Assembly (NCBI GenBank): GCA_002104945.1
Contig: MCFH01000054.1
Location: 1-64,000, forward strand
Reading direction: 5' to 3'
DNA from: Piromyces finnis finn
Taxonomy: Eukaryota > Fungi > Neocallimastigomycota
DNA length: 64,000 nt
This document shows positions 38,085-50,252 of this stretch, in pieces (within the stretch, counting starts at the first letter, position 1; every line of letters starts with the position of its first letter). Both the position numbers and the translations under genes were made by a program. The notes under the pieces were generated by a model, which saw only the letters and a list, made by a program, of their open reading frames with translations, was not told where the DNA came from and did no database searches.

Positions 38085-41000
38085 TTATGGACAATCAATT
38101 AAATCTTTATATTCTTTTAATATTTGCTTAAATGGAATTTCATTTAATTGGTTTTTAATTTCAGAAGGTGGTTTTTTTGAAATATGTTCACTAAAGATAT
38201 TATTTGAAATATTATTACTACTACCACTACTACTATTAGTACTATTATCACTACATACAATAATACCAGGATAATTTAATTCTTCAATATTTAAATTTAT
38301 ATTTCCCATTGAGAAAATATATCCTGGATATTCAACCCCTTCGAAATATATCGTTTTCATTTCATATCCTTTAAATATGGTTTCTGTTTTTGTATGTATT
38401 TCATAATGGGAAGTATCTACCCATTCTTTTTGACCAATAACATGTCCAATTCTTCCTTTCCATTGATAATACCCACTTTTAATCCATTCTTTTGTTTCAA
38501 TAATTTGATCTTCATGAATAGGCTTTTCTAAATCAACCGTTTGGAATTCTTGTCTTTCTTTTACATAATTATTATAAATCATTCGACTAACAATCTCTAC
38601 TTCTCTTTCACCATAAATTAATCCATAGATATTTCTAATGAATTCTCCTTGGATTTTAATCTGCCCTTTACCAATTATTATTCCAAAGGTATTATCAAAT
38701 GTACAACTTTTAATAGTGATGTCTTTATGAATTGAAATAATAATACCACACTTTTCTAATTCTGATATATAAATGTCTTTATGAATTTCTCTCTTCTCAT
38801 TTTTAATAACTTTAGTTTCATTGTTAAAAGTGTTATATTCAATTGTTTCTGAAACATTTTTTTCAATTGTTCCACCTCCTCCATTCTTAAATGAACCATC
38901 AACTTCAACTATAATATTACCTCCAGATTGAATTCTTCCACTATTATTATCAAATGAGGTTGTTTTCATTATTGTTTCATCTTGTGTAGATATACTCTTT
39001 TCATTATAAAACTTTCTTGTTTCTAATTTGAATTTCTTTAAACTGACATTATACTTTCCTTCATAATTCAAAATATTTAAATAGAGATTTATATTATTCC
39101 AACATAGATCTGAATTAAACTTTACTATATCCTGGGATGATGCTATTGATAAATATCCATTTTTATCTATTATTTTTGGTTCAAATGTATTATTAATATA
39201 TATTATTTGATTTCCACTAATGAAAAAGTAAATTCCTTTATCGGCGACAAATTTTCCTAATGTACTAATCACTCCTTCAAATCTACCATTATATGGAACA
39301 CTTTCGGTTTGTTTATTTTCACTATATTTTATTTCAAATGTTTTACCAACAAGTATATGAATATGTTGGGTTGAACGAAATATTCCTTCATTTTTAAACT
39401 CCTTCATTACTGAAATATTACCACTGTAAATATTAATTGATGAATTCTTTGTTCCATAATAATTACTCAAAATATCTATGCATTCCTCTGGAGGTGTTTT
39501 TATATTAATGATTCCATCATTATATAAACCTATTTGGTTTTGATAAACATCTTTTAATCCTTTTCCTTTGATCATATCTTCTTCTGTAACATATCTTCCT
39601 TTTATACTTAATTTTCTAAATATACTAAATTCAGCATTATATCCATTAATAATAGATAACAATTCTAATATACATTCTCTACATTCTATCCTTCCTTCAT
39701 TGCAAATATTTGTAATATTTTGAACATTGACATTTTCATTTATAATGCATTCAGAACCCGAAGAAACTTGAAGATATCTTAAATTTTCTAAATTAACATT
39801 TGACATAATGCTTAATTTTGAATTATTATCTATAATAATTTCATTGACCTTAGGCAATGTTGAGCCTGAAAGTAAAACTAATTTGCAATTTAATGAAATT
39901 CTAGTTAGTTTTTCTGAAGTGATTTTCATTTCAATATTGCCTTGTAAATTATTGAGCTGATCCATTTTGTCACTTAATCTAACATCACCATTAATTTTAA
40001 GGAGGGCATTTTCCAAATTTTCTATTTTCTCTAATTTCGAAATGTCAGAATGGATTGTAGTGCTTCCTTCATTATAAATATGTTTTATACTTGAAACACA
40101 ACTATTTTCAATTATATTTAATTTTCCTGATTCTTTAACTGTTAATTTATCAAATACAATAATTCCTCCTTTAATTGTAACTTTAGATTTACAAACAATT
40201 TCTTCGGTAGATATTCCAAATGATTTATTATTTTGATAATTTTCTATTAGTGTTTCGTTTAAAAATTCTAATTTATTATCGTAATTTATAGGATTAGAAT
40301 TATCATGTATTTCTTCATTTTCAATGTCATCAATTTTAACATTTCCTTCAAATACTCCATGTTTCCCGTGAACAACACCTTTTAAAATACTCTCCTTTGC
40401 TTTAATTTCAGTACAATTTGCTATAATTTTCCCACCATTATGTTCAAACATTTTTCCTTGAATAATAATACTTCCTAAATTTCCATTAATGAATCCATTA
40501 TTCTCTGCCTTTTCTTTTATATTCAATTCAAATGATTCGGAAGTTGAAATGGTATTATTATTAAGGAAATATAAACATGTTGAAAAAATTAAATTATCTA
40601 ATTTAATATTACCATAATTAATGAAATTCGAACATGTTATGAAATTTAAATTTTTTAAATTAATATCACCATTATTATTAAATTTATTGGTTTCAAGAGA
40701 TAATTTATCGGCAAAATTAATACTTCCATCATCATCATTGTATATATATTCTATTTGATTCAATGATATACTATCTGATGTAAATTGAGTATCCCCATTA
40801 TTTAATATATAGCCATGATCTGAAATTAGATTTCCTGAAATTGTCAATTTTCCATTGTTTATAAGAAATGCTTTATTTAAAGTTAAATTATGGATAAATA
40901 AATTGTGCTTTTTATTATCAATAAATATACCGCTTACATTTTTTTCGCTTTCATTATTAATTGTTTCTTCAAAAATAAAATTACTCACATTACTTTGAAT

Positions 41001-41489
41001 TTCATTCCTTGTATCATAATTGACAAAAAATATTAAATTTGCTTTTATTTTCAATGTTTTTACATTGATTTTATTGTTAATGAAAAGATTACGACATTGT
41101 ATTTCTAAATAATCTAAATTATTAATTTCCTCATTAATAATAATATCACAATATTCAGTTATTAACATATTTCTGACTATCTCTGTATTATATATATGGA
41201 AGGTATTGCTTGTTTGGTCGCCAATATTAAATGTATTATTATCCAATTCAGCGTTTTTTAAGCTTTCATCAAATAAATTATTAATTTCATTATATTCAAT
41301 ATAACTAGTATGGGGAGAAAATTCAGACACGAAATAATCATTAACATCATAGTATATTTTATTAATAAGTTTTTTCAATTTTATGTGGACTCCATGTTTA
41401 GCACTATCAGTAGATTTATTCAATAGATTTTGTTCTTCAACGGATATAATATATCCTTTCATTTCATCTTTTTGACTTTCTTCTAACAT
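38085..41489 (-). CDS. Intronless 1134-aa Asn/Ile/Gly-rich beta-helix protein, filamentous-haemagglutinin/CdiA-like
   Basis: Repeated ~20-aa motifs such as LINNGKLTISGNL, FINYGNIKLDNL, FDNNSGRIQSGGNIIVEVDGSFKN, FDNTFGIIIGKGQIKIQGEFIRNIYGLI and PGYIFSMGNINLNIEELNYPGII. The family assignment rests on pattern recognition only. Confidence 0.6.
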   Translation of the reverse strand: MLEESQKDEMKGYIISVEEQNLLNKSTDSAKHGVHIKLKKLINKIYYDVNDYFVSEFSPHTSYIEYNEINNLFDESLKNAELDNNTFNIGDQTSNTFHIYNTEIVRNMLITEYCDIIINEEINNLDYLEIQCRNLFINNKINVKTLKIKANLIFFVNYDTRNEIQSNVSNFIFEETINNESEKNVSGIFIDNKKHNLFIHNLTLNKAFLINNGKLTISGNLISDHGYILNNGDTQFTSDSISLNQIEYIYNDDDGSINFADKLSLETNKFNNNGDINLKNLNFITCSNFINYGNIKLDNLIFSTCLYFLNNNTISTSESFELNIKEKAENNGFINGNLGSIIIQGKMFEHNGGKIIANCTEIKAKESILKGVVHGKHGVFEGNVKIDDIENEEIHDNSNPINYDNKLEFLNETLIENYQNNKSFGISTEEIVCKSKVTIKGGIIVFDKLTVKESGKLNIIENSCVSSIKHIYNEGSTTIHSDISKLEKIENLENALLKINGDVRLSDKMDQLNNLQGNIEMKITSEKLTRISLNCKLVLLSGSTLPKVNEIIIDNNSKLSIMSNVNLENLRYLQVSSGSECIINENVNVQNITNICNEGRIECRECILELLSIINGYNAEFSIFRKLSIKGRYVTEEDMIKGKGLKDVYQNQIGLYNDGIINIKTPPEECIDILSNYYGTKNSSINIYSGNISVMKEFKNEGIFRSTQHIHILVGKTFEIKYSENKQTESVPYNGRFEGVISTLGKFVADKGIYFFISGNQIIYINNTFEPKIIDKNGYLSIASSQDIVKFNSDLCWNNINLYLNILNYEGKYNVSLKKFKLETRKFYNEKSISTQDETIMKTTSFDNNSGRIQSGGNIIVEVDGSFKNGGGGTIEKNVSETIEYNTFNNETKVIKNEKREIHKDIYISELEKCGIIISIHKDITIKSCTFDNTFGIIIGKGQIKIQGEFIRNIYGLIYGEREVEIVSRMIYNNYVKERQEFQTVDLEKPIHEDQIIETKEWIKSGYYQWKGRIGHVIGQKEWVDTSHYEIHTKTETIFKGYEMKTIYFEGVEYPGYIFSMGNINLNIEELNYPGIIVCSDNSTNSSSGSSNNISNNIFSEHISKKPPSEIKNQLNEIPFKQILKEYKDLIDCP

Positions 41490-41781
41490 TTTTTATCCTT
41501 ATATAAAAAATAAATAAATATTTAAATTTACTATTTATTAATCACAAATCCTTAAGAAATAATTTGATCAATACTAATTATTTGTTAGCATTAATTACTA
41601 GTATTAAAAATTAAAATTATATGTATATATAAAGATATTTTTTTATAGCTTTTAAGATTCAATAATAATAACCATTAACATATAGAAATATTTTAAACTT
41701 TTTTTTTAAAGAACTTTTCTTTAATATATTTTATATTTAATTTTCTATTATTTAAAATTTCTTTTTCTAAGAATGCTTCTA

Positions 41782-41813
<32 letters not shown>

Positions 41814-42179
41814 TTAAAAATTAAACTTTTATTAATAATTTTATTTTTATCTTGATATTGATATAATTAATATTATTAGATAAAATAGAGGTACATTCAT
41901 TCATTTATTTATTCAATGTTTTATAAAGTAATATAAACAATTTCCAAATATTAATCTACCACTACAATTACATATTATTATTAATAAAAGTATTATTCAA
42001 AGAGGAAGAATTAAAAAAATATTTATTAATAAAAAACATATATTAAAAATAAAAAAAAAAAAATATCAAAATTATTTGAGATTAAATTATTAAAATCATT
42101 TAGTTTCTTAGCGACTAAATTAAATGATTTTCATATTTCTTAACCTTTTTTTCTTTTCTCTTTTTTTTTTTTCTACATT

Positions 42180-43488
42180 TCAATCAATTAAATCTTTATA
42201 TTATTTTAATATTTGCTTAAATGGAATTTCATTTAATTGGTTTTTAATTTCAGAAGGTGGTTTTTTTGAAATATGTTCACTAAAGATATTATTTGAAATA
42301 TTATTACTACTACCACTACTACTATTAGTACTATTATCACTACATACAATAATACCAGGATAATTTAATTCTTCAATATTTAAATTTATATTTCCCATTG
42401 AGAAAATATATCCTGGATATTCAACCCCTTCGAAATATATCGTTTTCATTTCATATCCTTTAAATATGGTTTCTGTTTTTGTATGTATTTCATAATGGGA
42501 AGTATCTACCCATTCTTTTTGACCAATAACATGTCCAATTCTTCCTTTCCATTGATAATACCCACTTTTAATCCATTCTTTTGTTTCAATAATTTGATCT
42601 TCATGAATAGGCTTTTCTAAATCAACCGTTTGGAATTCTTGTCTTTCTTTTACATAATTATTATAGAACATTCGACTAACAGTATCTACTTCTCTTTCAC
42701 CATAAATTAATCCATAGATATTTCTAATGAATTCTCCTTGGATTTTAATCTGCCCTTTACCAATTATTATTCCAAAGGTATTATCAAATGTACAACTTTT
42801 AATAGTGATGTCTTTATGAATTGAAATAATAATACCACACTTTTCTAATTCTGATATATAAATGTCTTTATGAATTTCTCTCTTCTCATTTTTAATAACT
42901 TTAGTTTCATTGTTAAAAGTGTTATATTCAATTGTTTCTGAAACATTTTTTTCAATTGTTCCACCTCCTCCATTCTTAAATGAACCATCAACTTCAACTA
43001 TAATATTACCTCCAGATTGAATTCTTCCACTATTATTATCAAATGAGGTTGTTTTCATTATTGTTTCATCTTGTGTAGATATACTCTTTTCATTATAAAA
43101 CTTTCTTGTTTCTAATTTGAATTTCTTTAAACTGACATTATACTTTCCTTCATAATTCAAAATATTTAAATAGAGATTTATATTATTCCAACATAGATCT
43201 GAATTAAACTTTACTATATCCTGGGATGATGCTATTGATAAATATCCATTTTTATCTATTATTTTTGGTTCAAATGTATTATTAATATATATTATTTGAT
43301 TTCCACTAATGAAAAAGTAAATTCCTTTATCGCAAATTTTCCTAATGTATTAATCACTCCTTCAAATCTACCATTATATGGAACACTTTCGGTTTGTTTA
43401 TTTTCACTATATTTTATTTCAAATGTTTTACCAACAAGTATATGAATATGTTGGGTTGAACGAAATATTCCTTCATTTTTAAACTCCT
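42180..43488 (-). pseudogene. Diverged partial duplicate of the 3' ~1.3 kb of the 1134-aa gene
   Basis: Matches 38093-39408, with a 4-bp deletion at ~43332, a few substitutions (EIVSRMIY versus DTVSRMFY) and a premature TAA at 42201. It has no ATG or 5' part of its own. Confidence 0.9.
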
Positions 43489-44308
43489 CTGTTCACTTAT
43501 ATGGTTTTCCTATGTTTATATAGTATCTTGTTTTACTTGACTATAATAAAAGATTTTTTTAAATGTCCTTTCTCTAAAAATAAAAATAATTTGATGTATT
43601 GTTATATAAATCAGTATTCTTTAACCTAATATATATTCTATGAGGATCAATATATTTATAGTTATATAAATCAATCACAACAAATTTAGTTTATTGAAAA
43701 GCATATTACATTTCTAATTAATTGTCAATCTTAAAAAAATAAGTAAAAAATATAAATATCCAGTTTATTATATAATATTAATAATTTTTTAAAGTGAGAT
43801 TAACTTTATTCTTTTTTTCCAACAATTAATTATCCTTTTCAATCTACAATTGATTAAAATCATTATAAATTTAATTATTTAAATATACTACATATTTCAT
43901 TTATTGATATTTAATAAAAATGCATATAATTAACTTACAATTAATTAGGATTTTGATATATAATATTAATTAATGATTATTATATTATTATATTACTAAA
44001 AACTATTTGAAATATTACTTCTTTTTAACTTTTTTTTTTTATTTATAGTTTTAAATTTTTAATTTTAAAAATTAAATTTATTTCAAGGTTTTTTATTGAT
44101 GGAAATAATTTTGTACTACTAGTTTGTAATATAATAAAATGATACATATAAAATGAAATTTAATTTTTAAACTATATTATATACTTTTTAACATTAAAAA
44201 TATTTTTTTATGTAAAACATATAAAACAATAATTTATTTATATTTATATTTATGTATCCTTTATGTTTTTTTTTATAAATTTTTTTTCAAAAAATACTAA
44301 ATTACTAC

Positions 44309-47300
44309 TTAATCTAAATTTTTATTAGTTTTTCTGAGATTTACTGCCCATGGATTAACATTTGGAGTAGATTCAGGAGAAGTTGGTGTATTTTCTTTTT
44401 CAAATATTGCATTATTATTTGTTTTACGAAGTTTACTTGTTAAAATTTGACTCATCATATCAGTTGGTTCTTCCTTTGGAGGAGATGTTGGGCTTTCAGT
44501 ATTTGATACACTAACTCTCTTCTTTAACTTTGCATTTCGAATTTGTTCCATAAGATCACCGCCACCGCTTCCAGAAGATACAGGTGTTGCTGGTGTACTT
44601 GGTTCTTCTACTGGTGTTCTCTTTTTTAATTTAGCATTACGGATTTGTTCCATAAGGTCTCCACCACCAGTAGAAACTGGTGGAGGTGGTGGAGGTGGAT
44701 TAGCTGAGGTAGCATTATCTCTCTTCTTTAATTTAGCATTACGAATTTGATCCATGAGATCACCGCCTCCTCCACCAGTAGAAATTGGTGGTGGTGGAGG
44801 TGGTGGAGCACCACCTGTTTTCATAGGTGGAGGAGGAGGTGGACCACCCATTTTCATTGGAGGAGGAGGTGGTGGTGGTGGGCCTCCTGCACCTGACATT
44901 GGAGGTGGTGGAGGAGCACTAGTCTTCATTGGAGGAGGAGGTGGTGGTGGTGGGCCTCCTGCACCTGACATTGGAGGTGGTGGAGGAGCACTAGTCTTCA
45001 TTGGAGGAGGTGGTGGTGGTGGTGGGCCTCCTGCGCCTGACATTGGAGGTGGTGGAGGAGCACTAGTCTTCATTGGAGGAGGAGGTGGTGGTGGTGGGCC
45101 TCCTGCACCTGACATTGGAGGTGGTGGAGGAGCACTAGTCTTCATTGGAGGAGGAGGTGGTGGTGGTGGGCCTCCTGCACCTGACATTGGAGGTGGTGGA
45201 GGAGCATTCATTTTTCTTACTGGAGGTAGTGGTGCATTATCTTCTTCTTGAGTTTCAGTAACAATCCTGGAACGAGCTTTTTTAATTTGATCAAAGAGGG
45301 ACTCAGTAGGAGCTGCTCTTGATGACATGGCACTTTTAAGGGGTGGTGGTGGTGGTGGACCGCCAGCTGACATTGGTGGTGGTGGCGGAGGTGGACCACC
45401 AGCTGACATTGGTGGTGGTGGTGGTGGTGGTGGTGGTGGACCACCAGCTGATATTGAAGGAGGTGGACCACCAGCTGATATTGAAGGAGGTGGAGGGGGA
45501 GCATTCATTTTTCTTACTGGTGGTGGTGGAACAGTAGTAGGAGTATTAGAGGAAGAAGTTTCATCTTCATCAGATTGAGTGACAATCTTTGAACGAGCTT
45601 TTTTAATTTGGTCAAAGAGAGATTCAGTAGGAGCTGCTCTAGATGTAGCAGTACTCTTAAGAGGAGGTGGAGGTGGAGGAGCACCAGAAGACATTGGTGG
45701 TGGTGGTGGTGGTGGGCCGCCAGATGATGCTGGTGGAGGTGGAGGAGGTGGTGGAGGACCTCCAGCAGATTTTGGTGGTGGTGGTGGTGGTGATGAGTCT
45801 TTAGGTGATGTTGATGAAAGTGGTGGAGGTGGAGGTGGAGCAGGGTTTTTCTTTATTGTTGGAATAGGAAGTGGAGGAGCAGGATTAGTTTTCTTGATAG
45901 TTGATGATAAAGGTGTTGAATTATCATTTGAATTTTGTGATACTGGATTTGGTACCATTGAAATTACAGGAGGAGGAGGAGGAGCTCTTCTTGGAGGAGG
46001 ATTAGAATTCTGTAATAAATCTTCTGGTATAGGAATATCATCATCTACATTATTACTGATATATTCTGCTAATTTATCCAATTCTTCATCATCAATATTA
46101 CTACTTTCTTCTCTTTCTTTTTCTTTTAAGCATCTTGGTACTGAAGTAGGAAGTGTAGCAAAATCAATATTATGACTTGATTTTTTATTTAAGTCTACCT
46201 TTAAAGAATCTGGTCTTTGAGGTGTTTCAACAACCTTCTTTTCTTCTTCTTGTTTTGGTGGTTCCTCAATAATCTTTTCTTCCTCTGAGTTTTGTGATTC
46301 TTCATTAAGTTTTTCTTCTTGTTGTTGCTTTGGAAGTTCCTCAATAATCTTTTCATCTTCTTGCTTTGGAGATTCTTCAACAACCTTTTCTTTTTCTGGT
46401 TCTGTTGAGGTGATATCTACAACTACAGCCTCTTCTTTTTCTTCCTCCTGTTTTGTTTTATGTTCAGTATCAGCAACTGGAGAAATAATATCATCTAAAG
46501 CATCAAGATTTTTATTCATAATAGATTTATCTATAATATAATAATAAATAATATTTAAAATATTATAAAAAGACCGGGAAAAAAAAGAGGAAAAGGGGAA
46601 TATATAAAATAGCAATACATAATTAGCATATATGTATTATATAATATAAATTTATAATATATATATAATAATTATGTAATTATGTAATTATATTAATATA
46701 TAAAAAAAAAGGATAAAATAAAATAAAATAAAATTTACCTTTTTCACCAGAAGCTTCAATATTACGTACTTTTTTAGAAGCAATCAACTCTAAAGAAATG
46801 ATTATATAAAGTATTATATTATAAATATATATATATATATTTATTAATAATAAAAGTATGTATTCAAAAAAATTTCATATATATATATGTTATTAAATAA
46901 AATTAAGTAATTTTTCTTTTTTTCTTACTTTCAATCATAATATTAGAACTGGAATATAATTTAACATTACTGATATCAACTTCCTTTTTTTGAGGGAAAT
47001 TGAACATTAAATTAATTAATTGTTTTTCTTTTGCTTTAAGTAATTCATTTAATTCAATAATTTTCTTTTTTTTATATTTATTTATATATTTATGTATGTA
47101 TGTATATTATTATTTGAATTGAAAGAAAAAAATCATGTTATTGAAAAAACCAATATTCATAAAATATCATAATTTATGAAATAATAATGATATTGTTATT
47201 GTATATGATAATTTTTAGTAAATATAAAAAATATATATAAATATAATATAAAAAGAAAATGTATATTAATTTTAACAATTAAATAATAAGTAGTGAACTT

Positions 47301-48024
47301 ATTTATAGATATAGTATAATAATCTTTTTTTTTATCTGTTAAAATAATTTTTACCTCTACACTCTGTTTATTGTAAGATGATTTTTCCGATTCAATATAC
47401 ATATTCCACATATCATTTAAATCATGTTTCACTTGATCGATATCATTTTTTATTGTTTCATCTCGATTAGCTTCATAAATAAATAATGTATCATGAAGTT
47501 GTTGTTTCCAGGCTTCTGTCTCTTTATCGTCACTTCCTTGAAGAACAAATTCTTCTTTATCTAATTTTGATTCTAAGTAACATTGTTGAGATGAACTATT
47601 AATATCTAATTTAAAATTTAATAATTCTAATAATAATTCTTCTTTTTTAGAAGCTTTATACTATTTATATAATCATATTCATATTTAAATTTTTAGAAAA
47701 TTTTCAATATTTTTTATGTGCAGGGAATATCACCGATACAATTTAAAATTTAAATTTTTATCAAATAATAAAAAAAAAAAAATTTTTTTTTAGAAAACAT
47801 TTAGTATTTTTTTTATTTTATAAGTAAAAAAAAAAAAAAAGGTAATAAATGAACATGAACAAATATATATTAACATATTAATTTTTTTTTATTAATTTTA
47901 CTTTTTTTTCATCCTTATAAAATTTCAGTAATCCCGAATGATAAAGTACTCCAAAATATTTTTTCTTTGATTTATGTTTGGAGCTTGATACTAAAATATT
48001 CCCAGTAAAAACAACGTCTTCCAT
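44309..48024 (-). CDS. PH-domain / polyproline / multi-WH2 actin-regulatory protein (~945 aa, 5 exons)
   Basis: Exons 48024-47902, 47660-47355, 47064-46929, 46789-46739 and 46530-44309 splice in frame (2838 nt). PH signature KKYFGVLYHSGLLKFYKDE...EEFVLQGSDDKETEAWKQQL. WH2 motifs DLMDQIRNAKLKKR and DLMEQIRNAKLKKR (x2), plus DMMSQILTSKLRKT. Confidence 0.85.
44860..45210. repeat. 72-bp coding tandem repeat x5 (APPPPPMSGAGGPPPPPPPPMKTS)
   Basis: The cctcctgc(a/g)cctgac motif recurs with a 72-bp period from ~44884 to ~45172. Confidence 0.92.
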
Positions 48025-49352
48025 TTGTTATTATATTGCTTTATAAATATTTAATTTTCCTTTTTTTAGTATTATATATATATATATTTTTTAGAAATAT
48101 CACACTTTCTTTTGTTTTTCCATATAAACATATAAACACATAAAAATGAAAAATATTAAAAGTATAAATGTATAAAAATTTTCTTTTTTTTTTTTTTTTT
48201 TCAAAATTAAATATATCGGTACAATAATTATATATTTATATATGAAATCAATTCCCGAATGATATTACTGTATTTAAACTGTTAATTCATTTAGTTAAAA
48301 CCATTAATAATGATTTTTAACGATTTGTTTTATATGTACATAAAATATATATGTATGATATATGAATATTAAAACAAATTATAATATTTTTTATGGATAT
48401 TAGATTTTTTATATTAAATAATTATATTCATTCCTACTTACATATTTAAAAATAATGTTGTTCGAAATAATATCTAAAGCACTTTTTTTTATTATTATTA
48501 TTACTATTTAACTATATACATTAAATTTAAAAAATGAAAATTTATATATCATATAAAATAAAACAACTCTATTTCTTTTATATATATAATAATGATTATA
48601 TAATGAAAGAAATTATTACATATAATTTACATTGAAAAATTAGAAAAAAAAAAAAAAAAATATTAAAAATAAATATGAAAATATAAAGTAATAAATATTA
48701 GAAACCATACATTTTATAAGCTATATATTTATAAAAGTGTCTAGTTTAAAAACTTTAAATTATTTCTAAATATAAAATAATTTATAGATTAAAGTTTTAA
48801 AAAATAAAATTTTGAAAAGTATTATTAAAAAATATTTGTACATATATATATGTATCTATGTATTTTTAATAATGGAATAATAGATATTTCAAAAGTTTTT
48901 CTATTAAATAAAGGATTTAATAAACTAAATTAGGATGCTGTATATATATATATATATATATATATAGTGTACATCTCTTTAATTAAAAATAGAATATTCT
49001 TTTTTTTTTTTTTTTGAAATTACAAATTTGACATTTATATAATACTTTCTTATTCAAATCATATTGACATATTTTATTGTATTCCTAATTATATATATTG
49101 TTATTATTGTTGTTAATATTATCACACCGATTAATTATAGTTTTAAATAAAAATTTAAAATAAAACCATTGATATGATTAGTACGAAAATATTATTGAAA
49201 ATGTATCTTTATAATATTTATGCTGTATTATGCATTATATCATTTCGTCAACATAAAACATATATTATCTTTTATATATTAAATTTTGTTTTATTTTCTT
49301 CTTTTAATTAAATAATTTCAAATCCTTTTTTGAATTTTGTCTTTCTATTTTA

Positions 49353-50252
49353 TTAAAATGTGAAAAAGTCTTTAGCATTTTCATATGTTAATTGATAAAA
49401 GTCATCAATTATTGAGGACCATGAAGAATAAGACTTTAAATGTTGATAAATTTTTTCAATTGCTTCTGGCACATCATCCATTTCATGTAAATCCGTTTCT
49501 ATTAGAATACGATTTTTTGGTATTAAAGTCAAAATATCGAGATTATGTTGAATTCGACTATTAACAAAAAAAGAAAATCCAAAATAGAATCGATCACGAA
49601 TTTGGGTTAGGTTTAAAAGAGAACGTGTAATATCCACAGATCCACAATAAGAATGAAACATAATTTTAGGAGGAATATTAGCGATAGAAGATTTTAATTC
49701 CTTGCGAATGAATTCAAATAATTTACCAACTGTTTTCACTGAATGAATTATAATAGGACGTTGATACTTTGCTGCTAAACGAAATTGAAATTCAAAAAAT
49801 TCTGTTTGTACCGGCATAGAAAAAGGTTTTTTTGTGGCATAATTACGAGCAACTTTATCCAGACCACATTCCCCAATAGTAGCCTTCGGGTATTGTATGA
49901 CTAACTTTTCTAATTGTTGTTGCCAATCCTCATGATTTTTCAAAGTATTTTCACAAAACCAAGGATGTATACCAAATCCATAATACGCCTTTACCGGTAA
50001 TTCTTTATTTTCTTTTTTCATTTGATCTTCTTCTTCCTTTAATATAGTAATAATCTCACACATTCTTCGAGAATCTTCAATAGTAGTACTCATCATACCA
50101 ACACTATTTAATGGTAAAGTTTGAATTTTTTTTGCAATAGCAAAACTATATTCTCTTGACATTTCCATTTCATATCGTGAAATGTCTCTGTCATCCTCTG
50201 TAATCGATGAGTTTTGAATATGACAGTGGGAATCAAATATATAGTTATTCAT
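49353..50252 (-). CDS. TatD-family metal-dependent nuclease (Scn1/YMR262W-like)
   Basis: Motifs FDSHCH, GIHPWF, IGECGLDK, IIHSV, FHSYCGS and RILIETD. Confidence 0.9.
   Translation of the reverse strand: MNNYIFDSHCHIQNSSITEDDRDISRYEMEMSREYSFAIAKKIQTLPLNSVGMMSTTIEDSRRMCEIITILKEEEDQMKKENKELPVKAYYGFGIHPWFCENTLKNHEDWQQQLEKLVIQYPKATIGECGLDKVARNYATKKPFSMPVQTEFFEFQFRLAAKYQRPIIIHSVKTVGKLFEFIRKELKSSIANIPPKIMFHSYCGSVDITRSLLNLTQIRDRFYFGFSFFVNSRIQHNLDILTLIPKNRILIETDLHEMDDVPEAIEKIYQHLKSYSSWSSIIDDFYQLTYENAKDFFTF

Noticed and set aside
42124-43500. Processed retrocopy interpretation of the FHA-like duplicate
   Set aside because: Homology ends inside the CDS rather than after a 3' UTR, and no target-site duplication is visible.
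44754-46175. Gly-rich ORFs on the + strand
   Set aside because: They are antisense shadows of the polyproline exon.
44309-46615. Formin or WASP/SCAR annotation
   Set aside because: No FH2 domain and no C-terminal acidic Trp motif. The TTG-started N-terminus in the ORF track is intronic.
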